In this document: positions 29,365 through 39,914 of the stretch, in pieces | Layout: every line of letters begins with the position of its first letter | Position numbering within the stretch: position 1 is the first letter of the stretch | DNA from: Candidatus Coprovivens sp. | Lineage (GTDB): Bacteria; Bacillota_I; Bacilli_A; RF39; UBA660 | NCBI GenBank assembly: GCA_051892935.1 | Contig: JBJFGS010000011.1 | Span: 19,311 to 83,310, forward strand | Length of the DNA: 64,000 nucleotides | Direction of reading: 5' to 3' | Made by a program: the position numbers and the translations under genes | Notes under the pieces: generated by a model | What the model saw: only the letters and a program-made list of their open reading frames with translations | Database searches by the model: none | What the model was told of the DNA's origin: nothing

Positions 29365-31026
29365 ATTTCTTACTAATTTAACCATATCTTCAGATTTTTC
29401 ACATTGTAAAACAAAATCTGTAGTTGTCATATTACTATAAGAAGTTTCTTTCATCTCTACTTTTATAGTATTAGCTTCTCTTAATACATCACTACAAGTA
29501 TCACCATATTTTTCTTTTAAAAGTTCAACTGCTTCCAAAGCATTATTTCTAGTCGGATATTGATAATAATAATCAATCCCCAATATTTTATCTCCTTCAT
29601 AGTGTATTACTAATTTATATTTTTCTTCTAAATTTTTATATACTATTATCTTTTGATCTACATCAGTATAAAGTTCATTATAACTCAAAAATGGAAACTC
29701 CTTATTAGATATTTCTTCCGTAACTTCAATATCAGAACTACTAGCACTACCACTAGTTCCTATTACTCCAACAGTTGAAGCAGTACTAGCATAAGAACCA
29801 TTTGAAGTAGTATTACTATATGTACCAGAATTTCCGTTATAAGTAGAACTTGAAGATACCCAACTATTAGATGAAGAACTAGTATTAGTAGGAGTATTAG
29901 TATAATAATTTATACTATTATTTAATTCTCCTGCATCTGTTTTTAAATTATCATTAATTTCATCAATCGAATTGCCTATTTGTATAATCTTACTAGTATC
30001 TTTTTCCAAACAATTCAAAGTTTTTGCACAAGCACTAAAATAAGCTTGAATAATTTCATTCTCCGCATTTGGAATTTGTGTAGTACTTCCATAATAATCC
30101 ATACTCATTGTACTTAAAAAATTAGAATTCTTAATAGCTGTTCTAATCGTATTAATCTTACTACCTAAATAACTATTATTACACTGTAATTCAGTATCCA
30201 TATTACTTAAACGATTATAATATCTAAAAGGATTATCAGCTACATCAGAATTAACAAACTTTTCAGCTACTTCATCAAGTGAGATTTCATACCATTCTCC
30301 ACTATTTATATCATAAGTAACAAATTTATAAATATCACTATTAGCAAGTTCATCTGACTCTCCAGTCACAAAATCAATAATACCATTTTGTAAAGCTTCT
30401 CTATTTAAAGGTACATGTCCAGCATGTGAACCTGAAGTCCAAGCAAGAATAACATCAACACCACCCTGTGCTAATTTTCTTTCAAAATCAGTTGATGTTC
30501 CATTTGGTTCCAAAAATAATAACGTAGCTTCATCTTCAACCAACAAATCAATTTGCTCTTGATTAACAGTAAAACCAACAACATCACAAAAAACAGCATT
30601 ATGTGGCCCACTATCAGGATAAGTACTAATAGTATTTAAAATTGTATTAAACGTCGTAGGACCACTCGCACTAAATCCCATTGAATCAATATTAGTTATC
30701 TCAGCATCATTTGCAGCACCGATATTTTCAATAAGCTGTAAATGTCTTGCTCCTCCACTAGCTCTATCACTATAAGCATCATCAACTATTATTATAATCT
30801 GATTAGAATTTCCATCATTTATTGAAGACCTAATATATTCAGCATCATTCCTTGAACCACCAGAACCAGGATAATAAATAAATGCCGATGTTGATGAATC
30901 AACATCATCAGGAACAAACAATGTAAAACCTTTAAAATCATAATATACACCATTAGGAACTTGTACGGGATCTTTCTCCAAATCTGATATAGAAATTCCG
31001 TATATTGAATTTAAACTATTACTCAC
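29362..31026 (-). CDS. Hypothetical protein with N-terminal alpha/beta-hydrolase-like domain and Ser/Thr-rich linker
   Basis: IYYPGSGGS and GFSASG nucleophile-elbow-like motifs, HAGH. Confidence 0.6.
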   Translation of the reverse strand: MSNSLNSIYGISISDLEKDPVQVPNGVYYDFKGFTLFVPDDVDSSTSAFIYYPGSGGSRNDAEYIRSSINDGNSNQIIIIVDDAYSDRASGGARHLQLIENIGAANDAEITNIDSMGFSASGPTTFNTILNTISTYPDSGPHNAVFCDVVGFTVNQEQIDLLVEDEATLLFLEPNGTSTDFERKLAQGGVDVILAWTSGSHAGHVPLNREALQNGIIDFVTGESDELANSDIYKFVTYDINSGEWYEISLDEVAEKFVNSDVADNPFRYYNRLSNMDTELQCNNSYLGSKINTIRTAIKNSNFLSTMSMDYYGSTTQIPNAENEIIQAYFSACAKTLNCLEKDTSKIIQIGNSIDEINDNLKTDAGELNNSINYYTNTPTNTSSSSNSWVSSSSTYNGNSGTYSNTTSNGSYASTASTVGVIGTSGSASSSDIEVTEEISNKEFPFLSYNELYTDVDQKIIVYKNLEEKYKLVIHYEGDKILGIDYYYQYPTRNNALEAVELLKEKYGDTCSDVLREANTIKVEMKETSYSNMTTTDFVLQCEKSEDMVKLVRN

Positions 31027-31103
31027 TATAATCACCTATTCTTACAATATTATAACATAACTTTCAAAAGTATAAATACTTTGTCAAATAAAAAAGTAAT
31101 CAA

Positions 31104-34100
31104 TTAAAACAAACTTAATTGATTACTTTCTGACATATTATCAAGACAACCAAGCGCTTTAAGCTTTTCCATAGCACTAGTATTTACTTTTCCTCTATTT
31201 CTTAAATCTTCCATTGATATAAAAGGACCACCTTCACGTGCCTTAACAATAGCATCAGCTACGTTATCACCAAGACCATCTAATGCTCTAAATGGTATAA
31301 TTAAACCTTTTTGATCTTCAGTAATAACAAATTTCTTACCATCACTCTTATCAACATCAATATTTGAAAAATAGAATCCTCTACAAACCATTTCCAAACA
31401 TATACATAAAGTTTCTCTAGTATCTAACTCTTTATTAGAAGCTTGATTACCTTTAGAGTCTATTTCATCTATTTTAGCACGAATTGCATCTTCTCCTTTG
31501 ATCATTGAAGCAATATCAAATTGATCTCTTCTTATAGAAAGATAAGCACAATAATACCAAATTGGATGATGTACTTTAAACCAAGCAATTCTAAAAGCTG
31601 AAGTTACATAAGCTGTAGCATGCGCTTTAGGGAACATATATTTTATTTTACGACAAGATTCAATATACCAATCAGGTATACCAGCTTCTTTCATAGTTGC
31701 AGCATGCTCAGCCCAAGTAGCAGGATCCTTACTAGCTTTTCCTTTACGTACAAATTCCATTATCTTAAATGCCTTAGCAGGTTTCATTCCCCAAGCAATT
31801 AAGTTAACCATAATATCATCACGACATCCAATTACATTTTTAAATGGAACTTGAATAACCCCTTCTTCATTAGGAGTACATAAATCTCTAGCATTCCCTA
31901 ACCAAACATCAGTACCATGAGATAAACCAGATATTTTTATTAATTCCGCAAAAGTAGTTGGCTTTGTTTCTTCAAGCATTCCTAATAAGAAAGATGTACC
32001 AAATTCAGGAACACCCAATGTTCCAGTAGGACAATATTTACGACCATCCTTATCGGTAAGCCCCCTTAACTTATATCGATCTACACCTAATATTTCAGGA
32101 CCAGTAAATATTTTCATAGTATCAGGATCACCTAAATCTATCTTCGTAACATCTATACCAGATAAATCTTGTAACATCCTAAGTACAGTTGGATCATCGT
32201 GACCAAGTATATCAAGTTTCAATAAATCAGCATCAATAGCATGATAATCAAAATGAGTTGTTCTCCAAGCACTATTTGGATCATCAGCAGGATATTGAAA
32301 TGGCGTAAAATCCCAGATTTCTTTATAACCAGGAACAACTACTATTCCTCCAGGATGTTGTCCAGTTGTTCTTTTAACTCCAGTACAACCTACACTTATA
32401 CGTTCTACTTCTGGTGTTCTAATAAATGACTTAATAACACCTTTCTTTTTCAGTTCATCTTTTCCGGTTACTGAAAGACCATAACTTTGAGCTTCTATTT
32501 TCAAAATATCATGCAATCTTTCTTCATAAAATCCTTGTACATAACCAAAAGCTGTCTTATCTGCAACAGTACCAATAGTACCAGCACGATAAACATTATC
32601 TGTTCCAAACAATACTTTTGTATACTCATGTGCAGAAGATTGATTATCACCTGAAAAATTTAAATCTATATCAGGAACTTTATCAGCATTAAATCCTAAA
32701 AACGTTGCAAATGGCATATCATTACCTTCATGAATCATTATAGTATCACATTTTGGACATTTTTTTTCAGGTAAATCAAAACCAGAAGCATATTCTTCAG
32801 AATAAGGCTTTCCCTCTTCATTGTTAAATTCTGAATGACAACATTTAGGACAATAATAATGTGCAGGTAAACCATTACATTCTGTAATTCCCATCATACT
32901 TGCAACAAATGAAGAACCAACAGAACCACGTGATCCTACTAAATATCCATCATCATTTGAATGTTTAACTAGTTTTTGAGCAATTAAATAAATAACGTCA
33001 AATCCACCACCAATTATTCCGCCTAACGAAGCTTTCGCTTTTTCAACAGCCTCATCATCTGTAATAGGCTCCTCAGCCTCTCTTTTTATACGATCGGCCA
33101 TTAATCCAACTACTCCATCATAACCACTCATAATAACCTTATGAATATTTTCAGGTAATATTGCATCTATCTCATCATCACTCATATCAGGATTATCTAA
33201 TTTAACTTTTTCTGTAACAAGCCCCATAATTTTATCACCATAGAATTCTTGGGCTATACGCTCTTCGATATTTCTAGGTAAAGGATCACCATACATACTA
33301 TGAGCTTTATCAAATACCAAATCTCTACAAGTTTCTTGAGAATGTTCAATAATTGGAGAATAAGGTTTATCTGGATAATCAACAACTTCAATTTCTTCAA
33401 TCAAATCTAATATTTTGCTAGGATTAGTAATTACTATTTCCCTAATTAATTCATCATCTTCTAAAAAACTAAATTCATCTAACATTTCTCTAGTTGTTCT
33501 AAAAAACTGATTAGGAATATGTCCAGCAACAGCTGTCTCGCTATCATTATAATTACCATTTAAAACATATTCACCATCTTTTTCTGAAACAACACCTGCA
33601 ACAGTCAGTTTTCTTAAAACAGAAGATACTATTTTTAATTTTTCTGCTTCTCCATCTTTGCCTTTAAATATTTCTTCAGAAGCATCCTTCTTATTAGGAG
33701 CATAAATATTGGATATATTCAAAGCAGTTATAGGAATTTTTTTAATTTTAGTTAAAACATAAATATATTTAAGGACTTTTTGTGCAACAGCATCAAGATT
33801 AATTCCTTGTGAAGCACATTTTTCAATAACTCTATCAATATTATCTTGATTAGTATTGCGCTTACTACTACCAGATAAATACCTTGCCAATTGATGTCTT
33901 CCTTTTCCCGGAACATTTTGATTAACAATTATTTCTCTATATAGCCTATCCTCTTTATTTATATTATGAACATCACCAGTTGCAACTATTAATTTCCCCA
34001 TTTTTTTAGCGCAATTAATAATTTTCTTCAAACATTTATATAAATGATCTAAATTATTAATATCATGTCCCCTCAACAAATGAGAATAATTCTCTGGTGG

Positions 34101-36893
34101 TTGTACTTCTATATAATCATAGAATTTCATTGCTTCACACAATTCTTCTTCATTTCTTGTTTCAGCCAAATAAAATATTTCACCATTTAAACAAGCACTA
34201 CCAACTAATATACCTTCTCTATTTTCTTCAATAAGTTTTCGTGGTATTCTAGCATTTCTTTGAATAAAATTTGTATTAGCAAAACTAACAATTCTAAATA
34301 AGTTTTTAAGACCCTTTTGATTTTTAGCAATAAATGTAACATGTTTCATATTATCATATACATTAGCTATATGTTCACTAAAAGTTTTACCAGGTATATT
34401 TTCATACATTTGTAAATTATCTTCACAACACCAAGTAAACTTCCATCTATAGTCCATATTACCAAATTTTTCGAATGGATATCCTAATTCTTCATCTACA
34501 ACTTCATCTTCATTAGGTTTAAAAACATAATTTTTATAACTAACTAATTCTCCAATATGCTCCATTAATTTTTGATTATTTTGAAAACTTATTTCCTCAA
34601 GTAATTTTAAATTATTCAAATCACTTATTTTTTCAATTCCTTTAATTTGACTCAACATTTTATTAAAAATATACCCTGTATTTTCTGAGTCAACATCAGC
34701 TCCATGGTGTTGTCCTACATAAACTACAATAGTTAATACCTTTTCTCCAAAATCATCATTAAATTTAATTTCAATATCATTTTCAGCTGGATGTAGTATA
34801 ACTTCATTTTCAAAATCTACAAGATTTACACCATCATTAACTTCTATTGATAATACAACTTTCTCAGTTTTAGAAGCTTTATGCAATGTCTCCAAATGAT
34901 AAACATTACGATACTTTTTTATTTTTTCTTCTGTACTTATATCAATATCATAGTATTCTTGTCTTTCAATTTTTAATATTTCCTCATCATCGACTTTAAT
35001 ACTTTTAAATGCTTCACCTATTTCAGAATCAATTATTTTTCCACTTATTTCAGACTCATTTACTGTTTCTTCATCTTCATCATCAGCTTCTCCAGTATCA
35101 ATTCCATAAAACTTTCCTAAAGCTTTTAAACTATGCTTTTTCAAATCCCTATTAATTACTCTTGATAACATTAATGTATCTATAATAGGATTTTCTAATT
35201 TACCCAATTCATATTTATAATAAGCCATATCTAACATATTTTTATCGAATCTAGCATTATGAGCAACAAGTGGTAAACCACCTATCCATTCCTTAAACCT
35301 TTTTGTGACATTTTCTTCATTATCAGCATCTTTAACATCATCATCAGAGATATCTGTAACTCTAGTTATGGCTTCATCAATATGATGACCAGGATTAATT
35401 AATTCATCAAAACGATCAACAACTTCTCCATTATGTACCTTAACCGCACCAATTTCTATCATTGAATCTCCTAAACCAGGATTAAAACCAGTTGTTTCTG
35501 TATCGAATATAACAAAAGTATTTCCTTCTATTAATTCATCATTTGGATTAAAACATACATTCAAATAAGACTCACACATTTCAAGCTCAGTTCCATATCC
35601 CGCTTTAAAAAACTTAATATTCTTTTTTTCTTCTTCAGCTTGAGCTATCATTTTTTCCATCTCAGCAATTCCCTCTTCATTACCAGATGTTTTTATTTCT
35701 TCTAAACTTGCCTTTAATTCATCTATTTTAGCCTGTGCTTTCTTTTTTAGTCCTTTATTAAAGGATGTAACTTCTCCAAACACATGTGGAAAAGACTGAC
35801 AACAATCATGATCAGTAATTGCTATTCCCGGATGTCCCCAATCCATAGCTTGTTTAACAAGTTTAACCTCATCGCAGACACCATCCATCTGACTCATCAT
35901 TGTATGAGCATGAAGCTCTACACGTTTTTCTGTTTCATTATCTAGTCTTTTAAAAGTCGGAATATTTTCTAAAGGCTCATAACTTCTGAAATTAAATACC
36001 AAGTCATCAGCAAAAGTATCAAATCTAACTTGTCCTTTAAAACTAAACCAACTTCCATCTTTTAACTCTTTACTCTTTGCAACAAAGTCTTCCTCATCTT
36101 TAGCAAAACTTTTAGCTAAAATACTAGAAGTATTATCACTAATCTTAAGAGTTATTAAATATAAATCTCTACCATCTTTTGTTTTTAATTGATTAAACTC
36201 TGAGCCAAAAATATAAGCTTCTAAATGGACATTATTTTCTTCTTGATCAATACTTTCTATAGTAACTAACCCTTCTCTTGAATATTCAACTTTCTTTTTA
36301 GGTATCCATCCACCTTTACCATAACTATTTGAAGAACTACTAGGTTCATCAATTATTTCAAACTCAATAGGTCTATTTCTTTCTGCTTCAAGTTCATCCT
36401 GAATTTTCTTTTGATTTTCTACATTTATCGCTGTTGTAATCTCCATTTCATAAAAACCTAAATCTATTAACGCTTCACCTAAACCTTTAAGTTCTTTTTG
36501 AATCATATCATATTCTTCACTTTTACTATCCAATTCCACAATAATAAAATCATCATCAATACTAATATTCTTATTTTCTAATGAAACTAAAGAAGGTCTT
36601 TTTGTAATTAAATCTCCAAGTAATACTTTAAAAGCCTCTAAAATATCATCATCATCCATATCATTATAAATGAAATTAATATGACATTTCCCTTTTCCAT
36701 TAATACCATTCCTAGCACATTTTACAAGTTCAAAAGTTCTTACAGGATTAATAGGTCTTTCATTTTCAATAAAAACTTCAAATATATTTTCTTTTTTCTT
36801 TAAAACTACTCTAGAAACACTAGCATTTAAAAAATCTCCCTCTTCATCTGAAAAACCAACACTGTTAAAAAAATTTAATAACTTATCTTGCAT
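31104..36893 (-). CDS. polC: DNA polymerase III PolC-type, unusually long (1929 aa)
   Basis: OB fold, ELHAHT/AITDH (PHP), FDTETTG/HNARFD (exonuclease), GSRGSVGSS, KVPDIDLNFSG, LLKLDILGHDDPT, YMFPKAHA, C-terminal QLSLF clamp motif. Confidence 0.98.
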   Translation of the reverse strand: MQDKLLNFFNSVGFSDEEGDFLNASVSRVVLKKKENIFEVFIENERPINPVRTFELVKCARNGINGKGKCHINFIYNDMDDDDILEAFKVLLGDLITKRPSLVSLENKNISIDDDFIIVELDSKSEEYDMIQKELKGLGEALIDLGFYEMEITTAINVENQKKIQDELEAERNRPIEFEIIDEPSSSSNSYGKGGWIPKKKVEYSREGLVTIESIDQEENNVHLEAYIFGSEFNQLKTKDGRDLYLITLKISDNTSSILAKSFAKDEEDFVAKSKELKDGSWFSFKGQVRFDTFADDLVFNFRSYEPLENIPTFKRLDNETEKRVELHAHTMMSQMDGVCDEVKLVKQAMDWGHPGIAITDHDCCQSFPHVFGEVTSFNKGLKKKAQAKIDELKASLEEIKTSGNEEGIAEMEKMIAQAEEEKKNIKFFKAGYGTELEMCESYLNVCFNPNDELIEGNTFVIFDTETTGFNPGLGDSMIEIGAVKVHNGEVVDRFDELINPGHHIDEAITRVTDISDDDVKDADNEENVTKRFKEWIGGLPLVAHNARFDKNMLDMAYYKYELGKLENPIIDTLMLSRVINRDLKKHSLKALGKFYGIDTGEADDEDEETVNESEISGKIIDSEIGEAFKSIKVDDEEILKIERQEYYDIDISTEEKIKKYRNVYHLETLHKASKTEKVVLSIEVNDGVNLVDFENEVILHPAENDIEIKFNDDFGEKVLTIVVYVGQHHGADVDSENTGYIFNKMLSQIKGIEKISDLNNLKLLEEISFQNNQKLMEHIGELVSYKNYVFKPNEDEVVDEELGYPFEKFGNMDYRWKFTWCCEDNLQMYENIPGKTFSEHIANVYDNMKHVTFIAKNQKGLKNLFRIVSFANTNFIQRNARIPRKLIEENREGILVGSACLNGEIFYLAETRNEEELCEAMKFYDYIEVQPPENYSHLLRGHDINNLDHLYKCLKKIINCAKKMGKLIVATGDVHNINKEDRLYREIIVNQNVPGKGRHQLARYLSGSSKRNTNQDNIDRVIEKCASQGINLDAVAQKVLKYIYVLTKIKKIPITALNISNIYAPNKKDASEEIFKGKDGEAEKLKIVSSVLRKLTVAGVVSEKDGEYVLNGNYNDSETAVAGHIPNQFFRTTREMLDEFSFLEDDELIREIVITNPSKILDLIEEIEVVDYPDKPYSPIIEHSQETCRDLVFDKAHSMYGDPLPRNIEERIAQEFYGDKIMGLVTEKVKLDNPDMSDDEIDAILPENIHKVIMSGYDGVVGLMADRIKREAEEPITDDEAVEKAKASLGGIIGGGFDVIYLIAQKLVKHSNDDGYLVGSRGSVGSSFVASMMGITECNGLPAHYYCPKCCHSEFNNEEGKPYSEEYASGFDLPEKKCPKCDTIMIHEGNDMPFATFLGFNADKVPDIDLNFSGDNQSSAHEYTKVLFGTDNVYRAGTIGTVADKTAFGYVQGFYEERLHDILKIEAQSYGLSVTGKDELKKKGVIKSFIRTPEVERISVGCTGVKRTTGQHPGGIVVVPGYKEIWDFTPFQYPADDPNSAWRTTHFDYHAIDADLLKLDILGHDDPTVLRMLQDLSGIDVTKIDLGDPDTMKIFTGPEILGVDRYKLRGLTDKDGRKYCPTGTLGVPEFGTSFLLGMLEETKPTTFAELIKISGLSHGTDVWLGNARDLCTPNEEGVIQVPFKNVIGCRDDIMVNLIAWGMKPAKAFKIMEFVRKGKASKDPATWAEHAATMKEAGIPDWYIESCRKIKYMFPKAHATAYVTSAFRIAWFKVHHPIWYYCAYLSIRRDQFDIASMIKGEDAIRAKIDEIDSKGNQASNKELDTRETLCICLEMVCRGFYFSNIDVDKSDGKKFVITEDQKGLIIPFRALDGLGDNVADAIVKAREGGPFISMEDLRNRGKVNTSAMEKLKALGCLDNMSESNQLSLF

Positions 36894-36903
36894 ATTAACC
36901 CTC

Positions 36904-39807
36904 CTAACTAACTTTTTCTATATTAGAAACAATAATCTGAAATTTATCATTTCTTCTTGTAACTTGTCCCCTTATCTTAACAAAATCATCTTTCTTAATC
37001 ATCGTTAAAAATCTATTATTTTTAGGAAAAACTATAAAATCAGCAGTTCCCGTTTCATCACTACCAGAAATAAATCCCATATCTTCAGCTTTTTTTGTTT
37101 TTATTTTCCTAATACTGCCTATTATAACAACAGTATCAACATATTTGTCAAAAAAGTTTCTAATATTTTGAATTTTCATAATACCATCTTGATATTTACT
37201 AGAAGGATGATTAGTAACATAATAACCAAATGTATTAAGTTCTCTACTCATTAATTCTATATCAGTATACTCTTCTTCAATATCATAATTAGGTTTCATA
37301 ACCAATGACTCATCCAAATCACTACACAACATTGCATAATCCATAGCACTATCTAAACTATTAAATAAAGTTTTATGATTAATATCAAAATCTCTAAAAC
37401 AATCAGCATCAATTAATGCTTCCAAAGTTTTTTTATTAACACTTTTTCCGTATGTACGTGCAACAAAATTATAAAAATCAGTAAATTTACCATTTTTATT
37501 TCTTTCATTTATTATTTCCATAACAGCCGAACTACCAACATTATGAATTGCATTCAAAGGAAGTAATAAAGCATTGTTCTTTATTACATAGTGATCAAGA
37601 CTAACATTAATACTAGGTTTAAAAATTCTAATATTCTTCAACTTTGCTTCATCAATGTATTCCTTTGTTTTTATATCACTACCGATACTCATATTTAATA
37701 AATTAGCAATAAAATAGACAGGATAATTTGCTTTTAAATATGCCATTTGATATCCAATTAAAGCATAAGAAACAGAGTGTGCTTTATTAAATCCATAATT
37801 AGCAAATTTTATAATTAAATCATATACATTATTAGCTTTTTCTTTGGTATAACCATTACTAAATGCTCTTTCAATAAATATTTCTCTTTCATGCTCCATT
37901 ACTTCAACTTTTTTCTTACTCATAGCACGACGTATATTATCTGCCTCAGCAAATGAATAGTTTCCCATTTTTACTAAAACTTGCATTATTTGCTCTTGAT
38001 AAATCATAATACCATAAGTATCTTTTAAGATTTTTTCCAATGATTCATCAGGATATACAACTGCTTCTTTACCTTCTTTTCTCCTAATAAAAGTATCAAT
38101 ATTCTGCATAGGTCCAGGTCTAAATAAAGCAACAGCAGCTACTAAATCGCTAAAATTATCAGGTTTTAACTTACTTAGAAAATTCTTCATTCCTGAGCTT
38201 TCATATTGAAAAATTCCTTCTGTATCGACCATTTTAAAAATATTAATGGTTTCCTTATCATCAAGTGGAATTTTAGATAAATCAATTTTCTTTCCAATCT
38301 CACTTTCTATTAATTCCAATACATTTTGAATAATCGTCAAATTTCTAAGTGCCAAAAAGTCCATTTTCAGAAGTCCAAGTTCTTCTAAATATTCCATAGT
38401 TAAACCAGTAAGCAATTCTCCACCATTTATACAAACTGGAATAATATCATCTAATTCTTTTGAACAAATTACTACTCCTGCCGCATGAGTACTAATATGT
38501 CTTTTCAAACCCTCTAATTTAAAACTTACTTGATAAACTTTTTTTATATCATTATTAGATAAAACAAATTCTTTAACAAATTTATTTTCAAAATTATCTT
38601 TTAAACTGATTTTAGGATCTAACAAATTACTCAATTTATCTATCATATCAGTATCAATATTTAAACATCTACCTACATCTCTAATAACTTGTCTAGCTCC
38701 TAAAGTACCAAAGGTCATTATATTAGCAACATTCTTTACCCCATATCTACTCTTAACATAATTAATTACTTGATCTCTTTTTGTATATTCAAAATCTATA
38801 TCTATATCAGGCATTGTGATTCTTTCAGGATTCAAAAATCTCTCAAATAACAAATCATATTTTATAGGATCAACATTAGTAATTCCTAAACAATAACTAA
38901 CTAATGAACCAGCAGCAGATCCTCTACCAGGACCAACTAATATATTATTTTTTTTAGCAAACTTAACATAATCATACACTATTAAAAAATAATCAACAAA
39001 TCCCATATTTTTAATTACATCAAGTTCCATTTTTAATCTTGTACTATACTCATCAATTACTTGATTATCTAATCTCCTCAACAAACCTTTTTTACATAAA
39101 TTACATAAATAAGCATAAGAATCTTCTATATTATTATCATAATGAGGAATATATTTCCCAGAAGTAGGAATTTCAAGATTAATAAGATTACTAAATTCAA
39201 TTGTAGTCTTACAATCTTCCTCGCTAACATATCTATCTAAATAAGCTTCACTATATTCTTGTAAATCAACATTACCACTAGTTTCTATATTTCTTAGAAT
39301 ACTCATATATTTAACATCTTGAAAAGAAAAAGTACAAACCTCGTTAATATAAACAATATTATCACACTTTAAAATAGCATTTTTCTTTTCATATTCGTTA
39401 CCATATCCTATATACAAAATACTATAAATATCTTTTATTTCATCAAATATATCAATATTCTTATAAGGCAATATGCACAAAACATCTTTACTATAACTTT
39501 TTAAATCAATATAATTTATATTTCTACTTTGTATAATTGTATTAATTTTTAATAAATTTTGGTAACCAATATAATTTTTAGCATACAAATAAATATTACC
39601 TAAACTAAGAGTAACATTTAATCCTATAATCGGTTTAATATTGTTTTTCTTGCATGCGTTATAAAAACACATACATCCAAATAAATTATCATCAAGAATA
39701 CCAGCGGCTGTAATATTATGTTCATTTAAGTAAACAATTAAATCCTGTATTTTTATTAAACTTTTTAATAAAGAATAATCAGTTTTTATACCTAAAGGTA
39801 CATACAT
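36904..39807 (-). CDS. dnaE: DNA polymerase III subunit alpha, DnaE
   Basis: GPGRGSAAGS, FERFLNPERITMPDIDIDF, LLKMDFL, GFNKAHS. Confidence 0.97.
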   Translation of the reverse strand: MYVPLGIKTDYSLLKSLIKIQDLIVYLNEHNITAAGILDDNLFGCMCFYNACKKNNIKPIIGLNVTLSLGNIYLYAKNYIGYQNLLKINTIIQSRNINYIDLKSYSKDVLCILPYKNIDIFDEIKDIYSILYIGYGNEYEKKNAILKCDNIVYINEVCTFSFQDVKYMSILRNIETSGNVDLQEYSEAYLDRYVSEEDCKTTIEFSNLINLEIPTSGKYIPHYDNNIEDSYAYLCNLCKKGLLRRLDNQVIDEYSTRLKMELDVIKNMGFVDYFLIVYDYVKFAKKNNILVGPGRGSAAGSLVSYCLGITNVDPIKYDLLFERFLNPERITMPDIDIDFEYTKRDQVINYVKSRYGVKNVANIMTFGTLGARQVIRDVGRCLNIDTDMIDKLSNLLDPKISLKDNFENKFVKEFVLSNNDIKKVYQVSFKLEGLKRHISTHAAGVVICSKELDDIIPVCINGGELLTGLTMEYLEELGLLKMDFLALRNLTIIQNVLELIESEIGKKIDLSKIPLDDKETINIFKMVDTEGIFQYESSGMKNFLSKLKPDNFSDLVAAVALFRPGPMQNIDTFIRRKEGKEAVVYPDESLEKILKDTYGIMIYQEQIMQVLVKMGNYSFAEADNIRRAMSKKKVEVMEHEREIFIERAFSNGYTKEKANNVYDLIIKFANYGFNKAHSVSYALIGYQMAYLKANYPVYFIANLLNMSIGSDIKTKEYIDEAKLKNIRIFKPSINVSLDHYVIKNNALLLPLNAIHNVGSSAVMEIINERNKNGKFTDFYNFVARTYGKSVNKKTLEALIDADCFRDFDINHKTLFNSLDSAMDYAMLCSDLDESLVMKPNYDIEEEYTDIELMSRELNTFGYYVTNHPSSKYQDGIMKIQNIRNFFDKYVDTVVIIGSIRKIKTKKAEDMGFISGSDETGTADFIVFPKNNRFLTMIKKDDFVKIRGQVTRRNDKFQIIVSNIEKVS

Positions 39808-39914
39808 ATTACCACCACCCTTCACGCATAATATTATAACAAATTAATTTAAAATTCATATATATTTAATAATAGTTTTATAACAATTTTTATTACTAAA
39901 AATACTTGATAACA

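Noticed and set aside
31104-36893. Inteins as the cause of PolC length
   Set aside because: No insert shows a C/S start with an HN-C/S/T end, Hint blocks or LAGLIDADG motifs.
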